From assembly GCA_049287025.1 (NCBI GenBank), contig JBAQFA010000005.1:1671-65670 (forward strand): a DNA stretch of 64,000 bases, in the 5' to 3' direction. A program made the translations under genes and the position numbers. Positions 36,553 to 44,954 of the stretch are shown here, piece by piece. The notes under the pieces were generated by a model. The model was not told the DNA's origin, made no database searches, and saw only the letters and a list, made by a program, of their open reading frames with translations. Numbering within the stretch: the stretch's first letter is position 1; every line of letters begins with the position of its first letter. The DNA comes from Candidatus Magasanikiibacteriota bacterium (lineage in GTDB: Bacteria; Patescibacteriota; Patescibacteriia; Magasanikbacterales; UBA922).

Positions 36553-37461
36553 TTACATTCCTGTAATCAAACAAACAACATTACCAGTAAATTTATAGCC
36601 GTTTTCAACGGCTTTTTTTAATCCGGCAATTGATAAAGCTGAATTGGGTGAAATTGCTAGATGACAACCATCTTTACTCAATTCTATAGCTTCTTTTATA
36701 TCTTCGTTATCAACTATCCAACCAGAGCCCTGACTAGTTTCAACGGCTTTTATAACTTTTTCTTTACGAAAAGCAATGTTATCCACAATCGCGCCAGCTA
36801 GAGATTTTTCTGCTTTGGCATAAGGATGATTTTTTAGATAATCTGGTTGAAAATATTCGGCCATAGGGTGACAGGAATTGGTTTGGACAATATGAATTTG
36901 TGGTTTTTGGGTTAAAAATTCAGTTTGGAAGGCTTCGCCAAGAGCCTGAGCAGTGGTACCAGAAGAAGTGGGGACAAATATAGCTTGTAGATTGGGGATC
37001 TTATCTAGTTCTTGAGCTAGTTCAAAATAGCCGGTCAAAGCATTGTCATCAGTTGACTGTCTAAGCAACTTAGCTTTGTTGTCTTTGTTAACTTGAAAAG
37101 CAGTTTGTTTTGGTCGTTCTACTTGTTCTAGTTTTATATTAGCATCATCAATCACTGCCAAAAGAACTTTTAGTTTTTTGGGATCAATTTTTTTGCCAAT
37201 AAAAACTGTAAGTTTTAATTTACTAGGATTATTGCGGTTGTGAACTTGGATGGCGTTGATAGCAGCGAGAGCAGCATTTCCAGAAGAAGAAATGACAAAA
37301 TTTGTTATACCCTCTTCTTTGAAATATTTTTTTATCATTATTGGAATGGATCGGCCTTTGTGTGAACCATACTTGTGTTGATCTTCGCGTTTGAGAAAGA
37401 CATCACAGCTTAGCCCGAGTTTTTGGGCAATAGCTGAACAGGGGACTTGAATACTTTTCAT
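36553..37461 (-). CDS. PLP-dependent fold-type II enzyme (threonine synthase / cysteine synthase-like family)
   Basis: KREDQHKYGSHKGRS matches the PLP-lysine region K.E..NPTGSFKDR. Glycine-rich SSGNAA loop, 302 aa. Confidence 0.6.
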   Translation of the reverse strand: MKSIQVPCSAIAQKLGLSCDVFLKREDQHKYGSHKGRSIPIMIKKYFKEEGITNFVISSSGNAALAAINAIQVHNRNNPSKLKLTVFIGKKIDPKKLKVLLAVIDDANIKLEQVERPKQTAFQVNKDNKAKLLRQSTDDNALTGYFELAQELDKIPNLQAIFVPTSSGTTAQALGEAFQTEFLTQKPQIHIVQTNSCHPMAEYFQPDYLKNHPYAKAEKSLAGAIVDNIAFRKEKVIKAVETSQGSGWIVDNEDIKEAIELSKDGCHLAISPNSALSIAGLKKAVENGYKFTGNVVCLITGM

Positions 37462-37607
37462 AGTTTAAGAAAAATATACAAGATACACGTAATAAAATAC
37501 AAAATTGTATATTGTTGTGTGTATTTTGTATCTTGTTAATTATACTTGATTTAATTATCTAATTATGTTAGAATAATGAGCGCTTAATTAATAATAATAT
37601 TAACACT

Positions 37608-37772
37608 ATGAAACTAATTTGTCCAGAATGTAAAAATGAAGTTGATTTGTCCTCTTACCCAAATTTAGACGTCGAACAAGTAATAGAATGCAATGTGTGT
37701 GGAATTTCTCTACTTGTCAATAAAATCGATGGTGAAAATGTAGAAGCGGAAATTGTGGATGAAGGTAAGTAG
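37608..37772 (+). CDS. Small zinc-ribbon protein, LysW-like (54 aa), not in the ORF track
   Basis: MKLICPECKNEV...ECNVCGISLLV...EAEIVDEGK: CPxC...CxxC and an acidic tail, similar to the LysW/ArgW carrier layout. The final residue is K rather than E. Confidence 0.45.
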   Translation: MKLICPECKNEVDLSSYPNLDVEQVIECNVCGISLLVNKIDGENVEAEIVDEGK

Positions 37773-37835
37773 AAAGACACGGATGACGCGGATTTTATGC
37801 AGATGTCGCGGATAATGCAGATTGTGTTTGAAAAT

Positions 37836-37866
37836 AAATCCCCTTAGTAGGGGATTTTATTTTTTA
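37836..37866. terminator. Bidirectional rho-independent terminator
   Basis: AAATCCCCT-tagt-AGGGGATTT followed by a T-run, with an A-run upstream. Confidence 0.55.
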
Positions 37867-38417
37867 AATAATTTATTTTTAAATTTATCAAGTTTTTTGT
37901 CGATTACCATTTGGGCTACCTCTAGAGCAAAGCCTTTGTTGGTGAGAGATTTTTTGTCTAGAATAATTTTTATAAATTTTTCAAAACTAACAGCAATAGT
38001 TTTTATTTTTTCTCCGCGATCAAGATTTGGCTTTTGTGTTTTCTGACAATTTCTAGCTACATAGAGATATACAGTAAAATCCATTTTTTCTGGATACAGT
38101 TCTGAGGTATTTATTAATTCCCAATCTTTTGATTCAAGTCCTGATTCTTCTAATAATTCTCTTTTGGCGCACTGTAAAGGCGTTTCTCCTGGTTTATCCA
38201 TTCTACCACCAAAAGTTCCCAACGTCCTTTTGATGCCTGGTTGCTTTTCATTATTAAGAATAATTTTATTACCTTGCACAGCAATAATTCTGACTGCTCC
38301 TGGTCTTTTGATCATTTCAAAAGTAGTCAGTGATCCATCATACATTTTTTGTTGCCAATGATAGACGTCAAAGATTACTCCGGAAAAAACTTTTTTTGCT
38401 TGTTTGGGGATTTTCAT
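37857..38417 (-). CDS. NUDIX hydrolase (ADP-ribose pyrophosphatase-like)
   Basis: Nudix box GGRMDKPGETPLQCAKRELLEESGL, 186 aa. Confidence 0.8.
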   Translation of the reverse strand: MKIPKQAKKVFSGVIFDVYHWQQKMYDGSLTTFEMIKRPGAVRIIAVQGNKIILNNEKQPGIKRTLGTFGGRMDKPGETPLQCAKRELLEESGLESKDWELINTSELYPEKMDFTVYLYVARNCQKTQKPNLDRGEKIKTIAVSFEKFIKIILDKKSLTNKGFALEVAQMVIDKKLDKFKNKLFKK

Positions 38418-38421
38418 AGAT

Positions 38422-39348
38422 TTAATTTGGACAAGTAATTTTTGTTAATGACCAAGGATCTCTGACCAAACCTTTTAAATCAAATCCATTTACGTAATAA
38501 TTATCCGGAACAAAATAATAACAATTTTCTCGAGTCCATTCCCGACCATCGGTAGTATAATAGCGTAATAAATTTCCTTCGCCACTCCCAGCCCCGCGAT
38601 CGTCAGCCAAGTCAACAAAAAGTTTTTTGTCTTTTACAAACATGCCGACTGGGTTAAATTTTATCGTTGTGGTGTCAACCACTGTAGAAGCTTCCAAGAT
38701 TTGTTGCCAACGACCACGGCCAATTCTCGCCCAGATTCCACTTTGGGTGGAATTAGGAATGTTGTAATTCATATTACCTCTAAAGACTGGTAAAAAAGCC
38801 AAATTACTTAAATTTTCTTTTTCATCAAAAATATAAATACTCGGTTGATTATTTTGATTTTTGAAAATTATTTGATTATTATGAGTTCCAGGGGGCATTT
38901 TGTTTATTTGAGCATTAGCTAATATAGTTAACTCATAATTATTTTCTAACTCGCTCTTAATATAATTTTCTATTTGAGTTTGATAAGTATCTCTGTCTGG
39001 GGCAGATGGAAAATCATTTATTTCTCCATAAACTAAGCGACTATACAAACGCCATCTGACTACAGTTTTTACATCACAAATTGTGGCGACTTCGGCATAG
39101 GGAATACCAAAAATAGTGTAAGCGCGAGAAATTATTGTATCAGGGTAATAATCCGATCGGCCAATAGCTACAGTTTTTAAAATTAACATTCTTTCGATTG
39201 GATTATTTAGTGTGAAGTTGTTTTCTAGATTAGCACAGTTTATTTCTTTTTCAGTAAAAGCTTTACTATTTCTAACAAATAAAAATGGCACAATAATTCC
39301 AATGACTAAAATAATTAAAATGGCTAATAAAATTTTTTTGATTATCAT
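38422..39348 (-). CDS. Hypothetical secreted/membrane-anchored protein
   Basis: N-terminal signal-anchor ILLAILIILVIGIIVPFLF. No motif. 308 aa. Confidence 0.55.
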   Translation of the reverse strand: MIIKKILLAILIILVIGIIVPFLFVRNSKAFTEKEINCANLENNFTLNNPIERMLILKTVAIGRSDYYPDTIISRAYTIFGIPYAEVATICDVKTVVRWRLYSRLVYGEINDFPSAPDRDTYQTQIENYIKSELENNYELTILANAQINKMPPGTHNNQIIFKNQNNQPSIYIFDEKENLSNLAFLPVFRGNMNYNIPNSTQSGIWARIGRGRWQQILEASTVVDTTTIKFNPVGMFVKDKKLFVDLADDRGAGSGEGNLLRYYTTDGREWTRENCYYFVPDNYYVNGFDLKGLVRDPWSLTKITCPN

Positions 39349-39358
39349 ATATTTTAAA

Positions 39359-39445
39359 AATGCTTAAAATGTTTGGAAATGCCAAAAATGCCGATGAGGC
39401 TTTTCAGGCCTTTCTAGCCTTTTCGGCTTTTCAGGCCTTTTATTA
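39359..39445. repeat. AGGCNTTT-type repeat array at the gene boundary
   Basis: aaatgccaaaaatgccgatgaggcttttcaggcctttctagccttttcggcttttcaggcctttt. Confidence 0.5.
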
Positions 39446-40943
39446 AAGAATCAATCATTCCTCTAAAACCATGACTCCCACAGAAAACAATTACATCGCC
39501 AGATTTAGTGTTATTGATTAAATAATTTATTAATTCAGTATCATCATCAATATATTTGGCATTATTGTGGGTCTTACTAATTACCTCGGCTAGTTTTTGT
39601 CCGTCCATGACTTCTGGTTTATTGGGATCTTGTTTAATCGCTGTTAGACGAGGAATAATGACTTCGTCAGCACTGACAAAAGCATTGTCATAGCCAGGAA
39701 TAGATTCTATTTGGCGATTACCGCCGTTTGGTTCGAAGACTGCTATGAGTTTTGAGGAAGGGGATCCTTCGACTTCATTCGTTTGACTGGCGTCAAACTC
39801 ACTTCGCTCAGGATGACGTGTATAGATATTTTTTAAGCTAGCTAAAACCGCTTCAGCTTTTTTTGGTGAGTGAGCGATATCATCAAATACAATAACATCA
39901 TTATCACATCGTTTTTCCAATCTTCTTTTTATATTTTTAAAACTGATAATGGCTTTTATAATATTGGCTGGTTCAATACCAAGCTCATGAGCAAAAGCAA
40001 AACATCCAGTCATATTGTCGGCCATGTAGTCGCCTAGATTTGAAGTAATTAGGTTATAGGTTTTAGGTTTTAGGTTATCATTTTTTGGTTTGACAACTAT
40101 ATCAAATGATAGTCCGTTTTTTGAAGTTTTTACATTGGTGTACTGATAATCATTGTCTGGTGATTTTCCGTATTTAATGATATGTGATATGTGGTATGTG
40201 ATGTGTGATACTTTTTCACTAGTCACAATCATTCCATTAGCAGGAATGTTGTTTACAAGTGTTTGAAACGCATCAACATAAGATTGTTCAGTCGGATACA
40301 CATCAGCATGATCCCAAACCACAGATGTCAAAAGTAAATGAGTGGGGGAATAGTGGGCAAATTTTGGGCCATTGTCCCAGCGCGCGCTTTTGTATTCGTC
40401 GCCTTCAATTACGGAGTAATTGCCACGTGAACCCGAAGGGTTTTTACGTGGCGGATTGTCTCCCAAACTCGCAGACGGTATCCCATTTAGACTAATACCA
40501 CCAAACATATAAGTCGGATCAAAATTATTTTGTTTCAAAATCCAAGTAAGTAGTGATGAACTGGTAGTCTTACCATAAGTCCCAGCGCAAACAATTGAAT
40601 TCTCTTTGACAAAAAATTCTTTGATCACTTCAGGATAAGATTTATAATTTAATTTATTTTCTTGTACATAGAGCCATTCAGGATTATTGGAACTGGCGAC
40701 ATTGCCAACTACGACTAGGTTTCCATCTTTTCCTCCTTCGCTAAAGCTACGGAGGACACGGTCGGGATGCCAACCAGTATAATAATCAACGCCACTTTCT
40801 TTGAGATAAGTAGAAATGGGTGGATATATTCCCACATCACTACCAGTCACTTCATAACCCGCTTTTTTCAATGCTAAAGCCAGAGCCGACATGGCGACTC
40901 CACAGATACCGATGAAGTGGATTTTTATTTTGTCATGTAACAT
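39414..40943 (-). CDS. Mur ligase family protein, Mpl/MurC-like
   Basis: IHFIGICGVAMSALA and GSDVGIYPPISTYL (Mpl-like), with P-loop GTYGKTTSSSLL. Carries in-frame repeat insertions at 39752-39818, 40048-40079 and 40190-40230. Confidence 0.8.
   Translation of the reverse strand: MLHDKIKIHFIGICGVAMSALALALKKAGYEVTGSDVGIYPPISTYLKESGVDYYTGWHPDRVLRSFSEGGKDGNLVVVGNVASSNNPEWLYVQENKLNYKSYPEVIKEFFVKENSIVCAGTYGKTTSSSLLTWILKQNNFDPTYMFGGISLNGIPSASLGDNPPRKNPSGSRGNYSVIEGDEYKSARWDNGPKFAHYSPTHLLLTSVVWDHADVYPTEQSYVDAFQTLVNNIPANGMIVTSEKVSHITYHISHIIKYGKSPDNDYQYTNVKTSKNGLSFDIVVKPKNDNLKPKTYNLITSNLGDYMADNMTGCFAFAHELGIEPANIIKAIISFKNIKRRLEKRCDNDVIVFDDIAHSPKKAEAVLASLKNIYTRHPERSEFDASQTNEVEGSPSSKLIAVFEPNGGNRQIESIPGYDNAFVSADEVIIPRLTAIKQDPNKPEVMDGQKLAEVISKTHNNAKYIDDDTELINYLINNTKSGDVIVFCGSHGFRGMIDSLIKGLKSRKG
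39752..39818. repeat. Half-copy of the palindromic miniature element inserted in-frame in the Mur ligase gene
   Basis: GAGGAAGGGGATCCTTCGACTTCATTCGTTTGACTGGCGTCAAACTCACTTCGCTCAGGATGACG. Encodes ERSEFDASQTNEVEGSPSS. Confidence 0.5.
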
Positions 40944-40966
40944 ATATCATGAAGCATGTAGCAATT

Positions 40967-41575
40967 TTATTTTTTTACAGCTAATTCTGTTTTAACATAA
41001 AAATATATTTCACCATTATTTATAGTTTCATCAGTTAAAATTTTTTTCATTTCTTCAAGATCATGTGTGCTTTTTATTTTATCATTTTTTTCTAATGTTA
41101 ATGATAGATATTTCCATCCAAAGATTTTATCTCCATTATTAATTGCCCATCTGGCCATTTTTATATTTTCAGTCCATATACTATAAGTGCATGGTAAATC
41201 AGATTTAGTCTGATGATGTGTCATTATTTCTTTGGCTGCCTTATAAAGTATTGTTGTTTCATCGGGCATCTTTTGAGGTGAACCCAAGTTTGAAATTACG
41301 TGTGTTTTAAATTCTCCTGGACGTTCTGGCAAGGTTGCAAGCGTTAAGAATAATATTTTATTACCATAGGTAATTTTCCACGCAAGATTATTTTCATCGG
41401 TTATGTCCGGAGTATTTTCCCAACCCCCAAAGACATCCTCTCCTTTTATCTGTTTATAAGCGTCGTGGAGTGCTTTATTCATTTGTCTGTGAGATACGGT
41501 TTCTGCTCGCGAAACAATCTCCCTAATGATTTCATCTTCAGTCATTTGTTCTGATTTTGGTCCTGTATCACTCAT
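40967..41575 (-). CDS. Hypothetical protein, paralog A of a two-member family (202 aa)
   Basis: Shares MxDTGPKxEQ..E[ED]EII, KILFL[TS], IYKAAKE[IL]M, PC.Y and A.W....G..IF blocks with 42106-42717. Confidence 0.6.
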   Translation of the reverse strand: MSDTGPKSEQMTEDEIIREIVSRAETVSHRQMNKALHDAYKQIKGEDVFGGWENTPDITDENNLAWKITYGNKILFLTLATLPERPGEFKTHVISNLGSPQKMPDETTILYKAAKEIMTHHQTKSDLPCTYSIWTENIKMARWAINNGDKIFGWKYLSLTLEKNDKIKSTHDLEEMKKILTDETINNGEIYFYVKTELAVKK

Positions 41576-41587
41576 ATTTTTTTAAAA

Positions 41588-42094
41588 TTATAACTCTTTA
41601 AAAATTCTTTTACCATTTTTTCCTTTACCATAGCAGAGTAATATTTTTTCTTTTTCATTATAATGGGCGGATAAAACTTTGCCAATAAAAATAGTATGAT
41701 CACCAGCTTTTATTTTTTTGATTACTTCACATTCATAATTCAGAGTCGCTTCAGCTAGCAGAGGAGTCTTTAGAAATTTAGCTTTGGTAGTTTTTATTTT
41801 TGATAATTTAAATTTATCAATTTTATCACCATGATTTTCGCCAAAGATTGAGATTGCTTTTAACTGTTTTTTGTTTGGTACAGCCAAGACAAATTCTTTA
41901 CTTTGTTCAATTAGTTTTTTGGTGTTTTGGGTATTGTAAATAGATACAGCCATTAGTGGCGGTTCGTGCGAAACTTTCGTGTGCCAAGCGACAATCATAC
42001 CGCTTGGTTTGTTATTTTTGTCACACGATAAAACAAAAGCAAAATTGTATGGGATGTATTTTGTAAAAGCAGTGGAAATGTCTATTTGTTTCAT
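41588..42094 (-). CDS. Flavin reductase-like domain protein (FMN-binding split barrel)
   Basis: PSGMIVAWHTKVSHEPPLMAVSI ... GDHTIFIGKV pattern typical of the PF01613 flavin reductase domain, 168 aa. Confidence 0.7.
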   Translation of the reverse strand: MKQIDISTAFTKYIPYNFAFVLSCDKNNKPSGMIVAWHTKVSHEPPLMAVSIYNTQNTKKLIEQSKEFVLAVPNKKQLKAISIFGENHGDKIDKFKLSKIKTTKAKFLKTPLLAEATLNYECEVIKKIKAGDHTIFIGKVLSAHYNEKEKILLCYGKGKNGKRIFKEL

Positions 42095-42105
42095 ATTTAA
42101 AAATT

Positions 42106-42717
42106 TTAAATATCTGTACTTAGGGCTACAGCCAGATTGGAGTTTTCAATTTCTTCAGGATTGTTTATCAGTAAATCCAGCAGTTCAGCTTCAGAGATAT
42201 CAGATTCAGGTTTATTAGTGCGACCAATTTTTGTAACAATTTTGCAATTAGGAAAGATTTCTTTGCCTTTTGTTAATAACCAAATTGCCATTCTTGGGTC
42301 AGCCGTGATTTCTGCATATTTACAGGGTTTTTTGAAGGTTTCTTCTTTATATCTAATCATTAATTCTTTTGCCGCCTTATATATTGGTGTTGTTTCTGGT
42401 ATTCTTTCCTCAGCAGAATTAAAATCCGAATTATTTACAATGTGAGTAAAAAAACTTCCAGTTCCTTTTTCGATTTCATGAAATGATAAAAAAAGTATCT
42501 TACCCCGGTAAGACAGTCTCCAATTAGGCGCTACTTCTTTATCGTCTGAGTCAACAAATGTTGTTGCTTCTTCATATTCTTCGCCATAAATTTCCATATA
42601 TAATTTATTCAGTTCTTCAATTTTTTGTTTTTTAGAAATTCTAACAGCCCCAGCAATAATCTCTGCAATAATTTCCTCTTCTGATCTTTGTTCTGGTTTT
42701 GGTCCTGTGTCGTTCAT
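42106..42717 (-). CDS. Hypothetical protein, paralog B of a two-member family (203 aa)
   Basis: Colinear conserved blocks with 40967-41575 (see paralog A). Confidence 0.6.
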   Translation of the reverse strand: MNDTGPKPEQRSEEEIIAEIIAGAVRISKKQKIEELNKLYMEIYGEEYEEATTFVDSDDKEVAPNWRLSYRGKILFLSFHEIEKGTGSFFTHIVNNSDFNSAEERIPETTPIYKAAKELMIRYKEETFKKPCKYAEITADPRMAIWLLTKGKEIFPNCKIVTKIGRTNKPESDISEAELLDLLINNPEEIENSNLAVALSTDI

Positions 42718-42718
42718 A

Positions 42719-43393
42719 TTATTTTAAAATATTTTTTAATTCATCCAAATCGTCATTCCATTTTTCACCATCAAACCACTCTAGTCCGGCAAATTGTAAT
42801 TTGTATTTTGCTTTAGTATCTTTGGCAGAGCCGAGATAGACGAAACGTTTGTGGTTTGCTTGAGCGTGTAATATTGTTTTCAACATCATTCCCATTCCCA
42901 AATTAGGTGTTAGGTTTTGGGTGTTAGGTGTTAGGTCGTAGAAAGGGTAGGAGTAGTGTAATATATTTTTGTCTTCATAACAAATTGCATAACCGATTTT
43001 TAAATTTTCGATTTTCAATTTACAATTTTCAAACGTGTAAATGAATAATTTATTAAAATTGTGACTGGTAGTTAAAATTTCTTTTACTTTGTTAGCACTA
43101 AAAGTACCTTCACCAAACTTTGTTTGATAAAAATCTTTGGCAAGTTTTCCAATTGTCCAATCGTAATCTGCCATTGGTAAGGAGTAAGGAGTAAGGAGTA
43201 AGGAGTCTGTTTTTTTTAAAATACGTTTATTTTCGCTTGTCAGTTTAAATCTGTCTAAATCAATGCGAATACTACGCGTCTGATATATGTCACCTTTGCC
43301 GGTGCGAGTAAACAAAAAGCCCTCGTTGTAAAGAGAGTTGATATTTTCGTCAGAGAAATCAGAAATTGTTTTTTCAGACCATTTTAGGTACAT
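42719..43393 (-). CDS. Arginyl/leucyl-tRNA-protein transferase family protein (ATE/Bpt C-terminal domain-like)
   Basis: KIGYAICYEDKNILHYSYPFYDL and KRFVYLGSAKDTKAKYKLQFAGLEWFDGEKW match the Bpt/ATE_C pattern (LxGY...YxFYDP; YLGYwI..C.KM.YK..F.P.E.L...W). The N-terminal Cys motif is absent. Contains in-frame tandem repeats (LTPN, LLLTPYSLP). Confidence 0.5.
   Translation of the reverse strand: MYLKWSEKTISDFSDENINSLYNEGFLFTRTGKGDIYQTRSIRIDLDRFKLTSENKRILKKTDSLLLTPYSLPMADYDWTIGKLAKDFYQTKFGEGTFSANKVKEILTTSHNFNKLFIYTFENCKLKIENLKIGYAICYEDKNILHYSYPFYDLTPNTQNLTPNLGMGMMLKTILHAQANHKRFVYLGSAKDTKAKYKLQFAGLEWFDGEKWNDDLDELKNILK
42901..42938. repeat. In-frame GGTGTTAG-type tandem repeat inside the ATE-like gene
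   Basis: aattaggtgttaggttttgggtgttaggtgttaggtcg encodes DLTPNTQNLTPNLG. Confidence 0.5.
43177..43206. repeat. In-frame 7-bp tandem repeat (taaggag x4) inside the ATE-like gene
   Basis: ggtaaggagtaaggagtaaggagtaaggag, read as LLLTPYSLP on the minus strand. Confidence 0.5.
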
Positions 43394-43399
43394 ATATAG

Positions 43400-43669
43400 T
43401 TATATCTGTTCATTGTATTCTTCTGAATGATAAAGTTTACGACTCCAAAGTGATGCAATTATAAAATGTACAATACAAAATAATAAAACAATTGGTAATT
43501 TTCCAAACATGGCTCCAGCACCGCTAATGAAGAAAAGTCCGGTTATAAAAGTAATTACAAAAGAAACCAACGGAATATATTTGCAGTATTTTTTATCTTT
43601 TTTTCTTAGTAGTATTCCAGTTGATATATAAATTATGAGTGGAAGTACTATAGTGATTATTTCTCCCAT
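43400..43669 (-). CDS. Hypothetical small membrane protein (89 aa, 3 TM)
   Basis: Three hydrophobic helices, compact ORF. Confidence 0.45.
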   Translation of the reverse strand: MGEIITIVLPLIIYISTGILLRKKDKKYCKYIPLVSFVITFITGLFFISGAGAMFGKLPIVLLFCIVHFIIASLWSRKLYHSEEYNEQI

Positions 43670-43739
43670 ATCATTTTGTTAATAAATTAATATTTTTTAT
43701 TTTACACTATCATTTTGCATTTTGATTTTTTAATTTATT

Positions 43740-44861
43740 TTAGTAAAGCGCTATCCACAACCCCAAAAGCACTACAGCTGAATGTATAATCCAAAAACGC
43801 ATCACAGTTTTTTCTTCGCTCCAGCCGATTAATTCAAAATGGTGATGGAGTGGTGCCATTTTAAAAATTCTTCTACCTAAGACATGTCGACCAATGACTT
43901 GAATAATAACGGTAGCTAATTCCAAATAAAATATAAAAGCGATAAAGGGGAGTAAGATCATTTTATTTATTACAATGGCATTGATAGCTAATAAAGCCCC
44001 TAGACCCAAAGAACCAACATCACCCATTTGAAAACGAGCGGGCTTAACATTAAAGTATGTATAAGTAATCAAAGCTCCGACAGTCGTAGCATTTAACAAA
44101 GTAATTTCTGGATAATTATTGACCCAGCTCAAAATCGTTAAAGTAGAAAAAGTAATAATCAGTGATCCGCCAGCTAAACCATCCATACCATCGGCAATAT
44201 TAACAGCATTGGCGGTAAACATAACAAATAAAATAATTAAAGGAATGATCCACCAGCCAATATTAACTAGACCATCAAACGGAATATTAATTTGTTGCCA
44301 TTGTTCGCCCAATTTAAAATAAATCCAATAAGCAGTAATGGCACCGGCTGCGAATTGCAATAATAATTTTTCGTGGACATGTACGCCTTTGCCTGGGTGA
44401 GAACCAAGCCAGAGTGAAGCGCGTTTGAAAATTGACCAAGGTAGGGTAATAATTAGCCACATGCGTTGTTTCCAATCAGCATGAACTTTGATTAAAGTGA
44501 AAATTTGTTTTAGTTTGCGGTGACGTCTTTCGTGGCCATAAATATGCATAACATCGTCAATACCACCAAGGAGAGCAGACAACAACATCACACCAATTGG
44601 TACCCAAGTAAATTTTCTCTCCCAATTAAAAAGCATCGTAATAACAGCCACGGTAATGATTACCAAAAGACCACCCATAATTGGGGTGCCAGCTTTTTTA
44701 TCAATATTTAGAGTAGAATCATATTCTGCTCTACGGGTAAGCTTGAAATGGTAAAGAATTTTGGTCAAAATTGGCGACCAGAGAAATGCTACAACACAAG
44801 AACCCAAACCATAAAAAATGGCTGTTTTTAGCAGATTTAATGATTCAATTGGTATATTCAT
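43740..44861 (-). CDS. mraY: Phospho-N-acetylmuramoyl-pentapeptide transferase
   Basis: NAVNIADGMDGLAGG and MAPLHHHFELIGWSEEKTVMRFWII signature motifs, 373 aa, ten TM helices. Confidence 0.9.
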   Translation of the reverse strand: MNIPIESLNLLKTAIFYGLGSCVVAFLWSPILTKILYHFKLTRRAEYDSTLNIDKKAGTPIMGGLLVIITVAVITMLFNWERKFTWVPIGVMLLSALLGGIDDVMHIYGHERRHRKLKQIFTLIKVHADWKQRMWLIITLPWSIFKRASLWLGSHPGKGVHVHEKLLLQFAAGAITAYWIYFKLGEQWQQINIPFDGLVNIGWWIIPLIILFVMFTANAVNIADGMDGLAGGSLIITFSTLTILSWVNNYPEITLLNATTVGALITYTYFNVKPARFQMGDVGSLGLGALLAINAIVINKMILLPFIAFIFYLELATVIIQVIGRHVLGRRIFKMAPLHHHFELIGWSEEKTVMRFWIIHSAVVLLGLWIALY

Positions 44862-44954
44862 AATCTTTAGAAATTGTATCAGAAATTTGTATAAAATTCA
44901 AGTATACTATTATTTTTTCAGTTATGTTATAATACGACAATATAAAATATTTAT

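Noticed and set aside
20089-43206. The TTAGG(T) unit resembles eukaryotic or insect telomeric repeats (TTAGG).
   Set aside because: The copies are short, interrupted, embedded in a clearly bacterial gene-dense context, and partly inside ORFs. This is a coincidence of an AT-rich microsatellite, not telomeric DNA or contamination.
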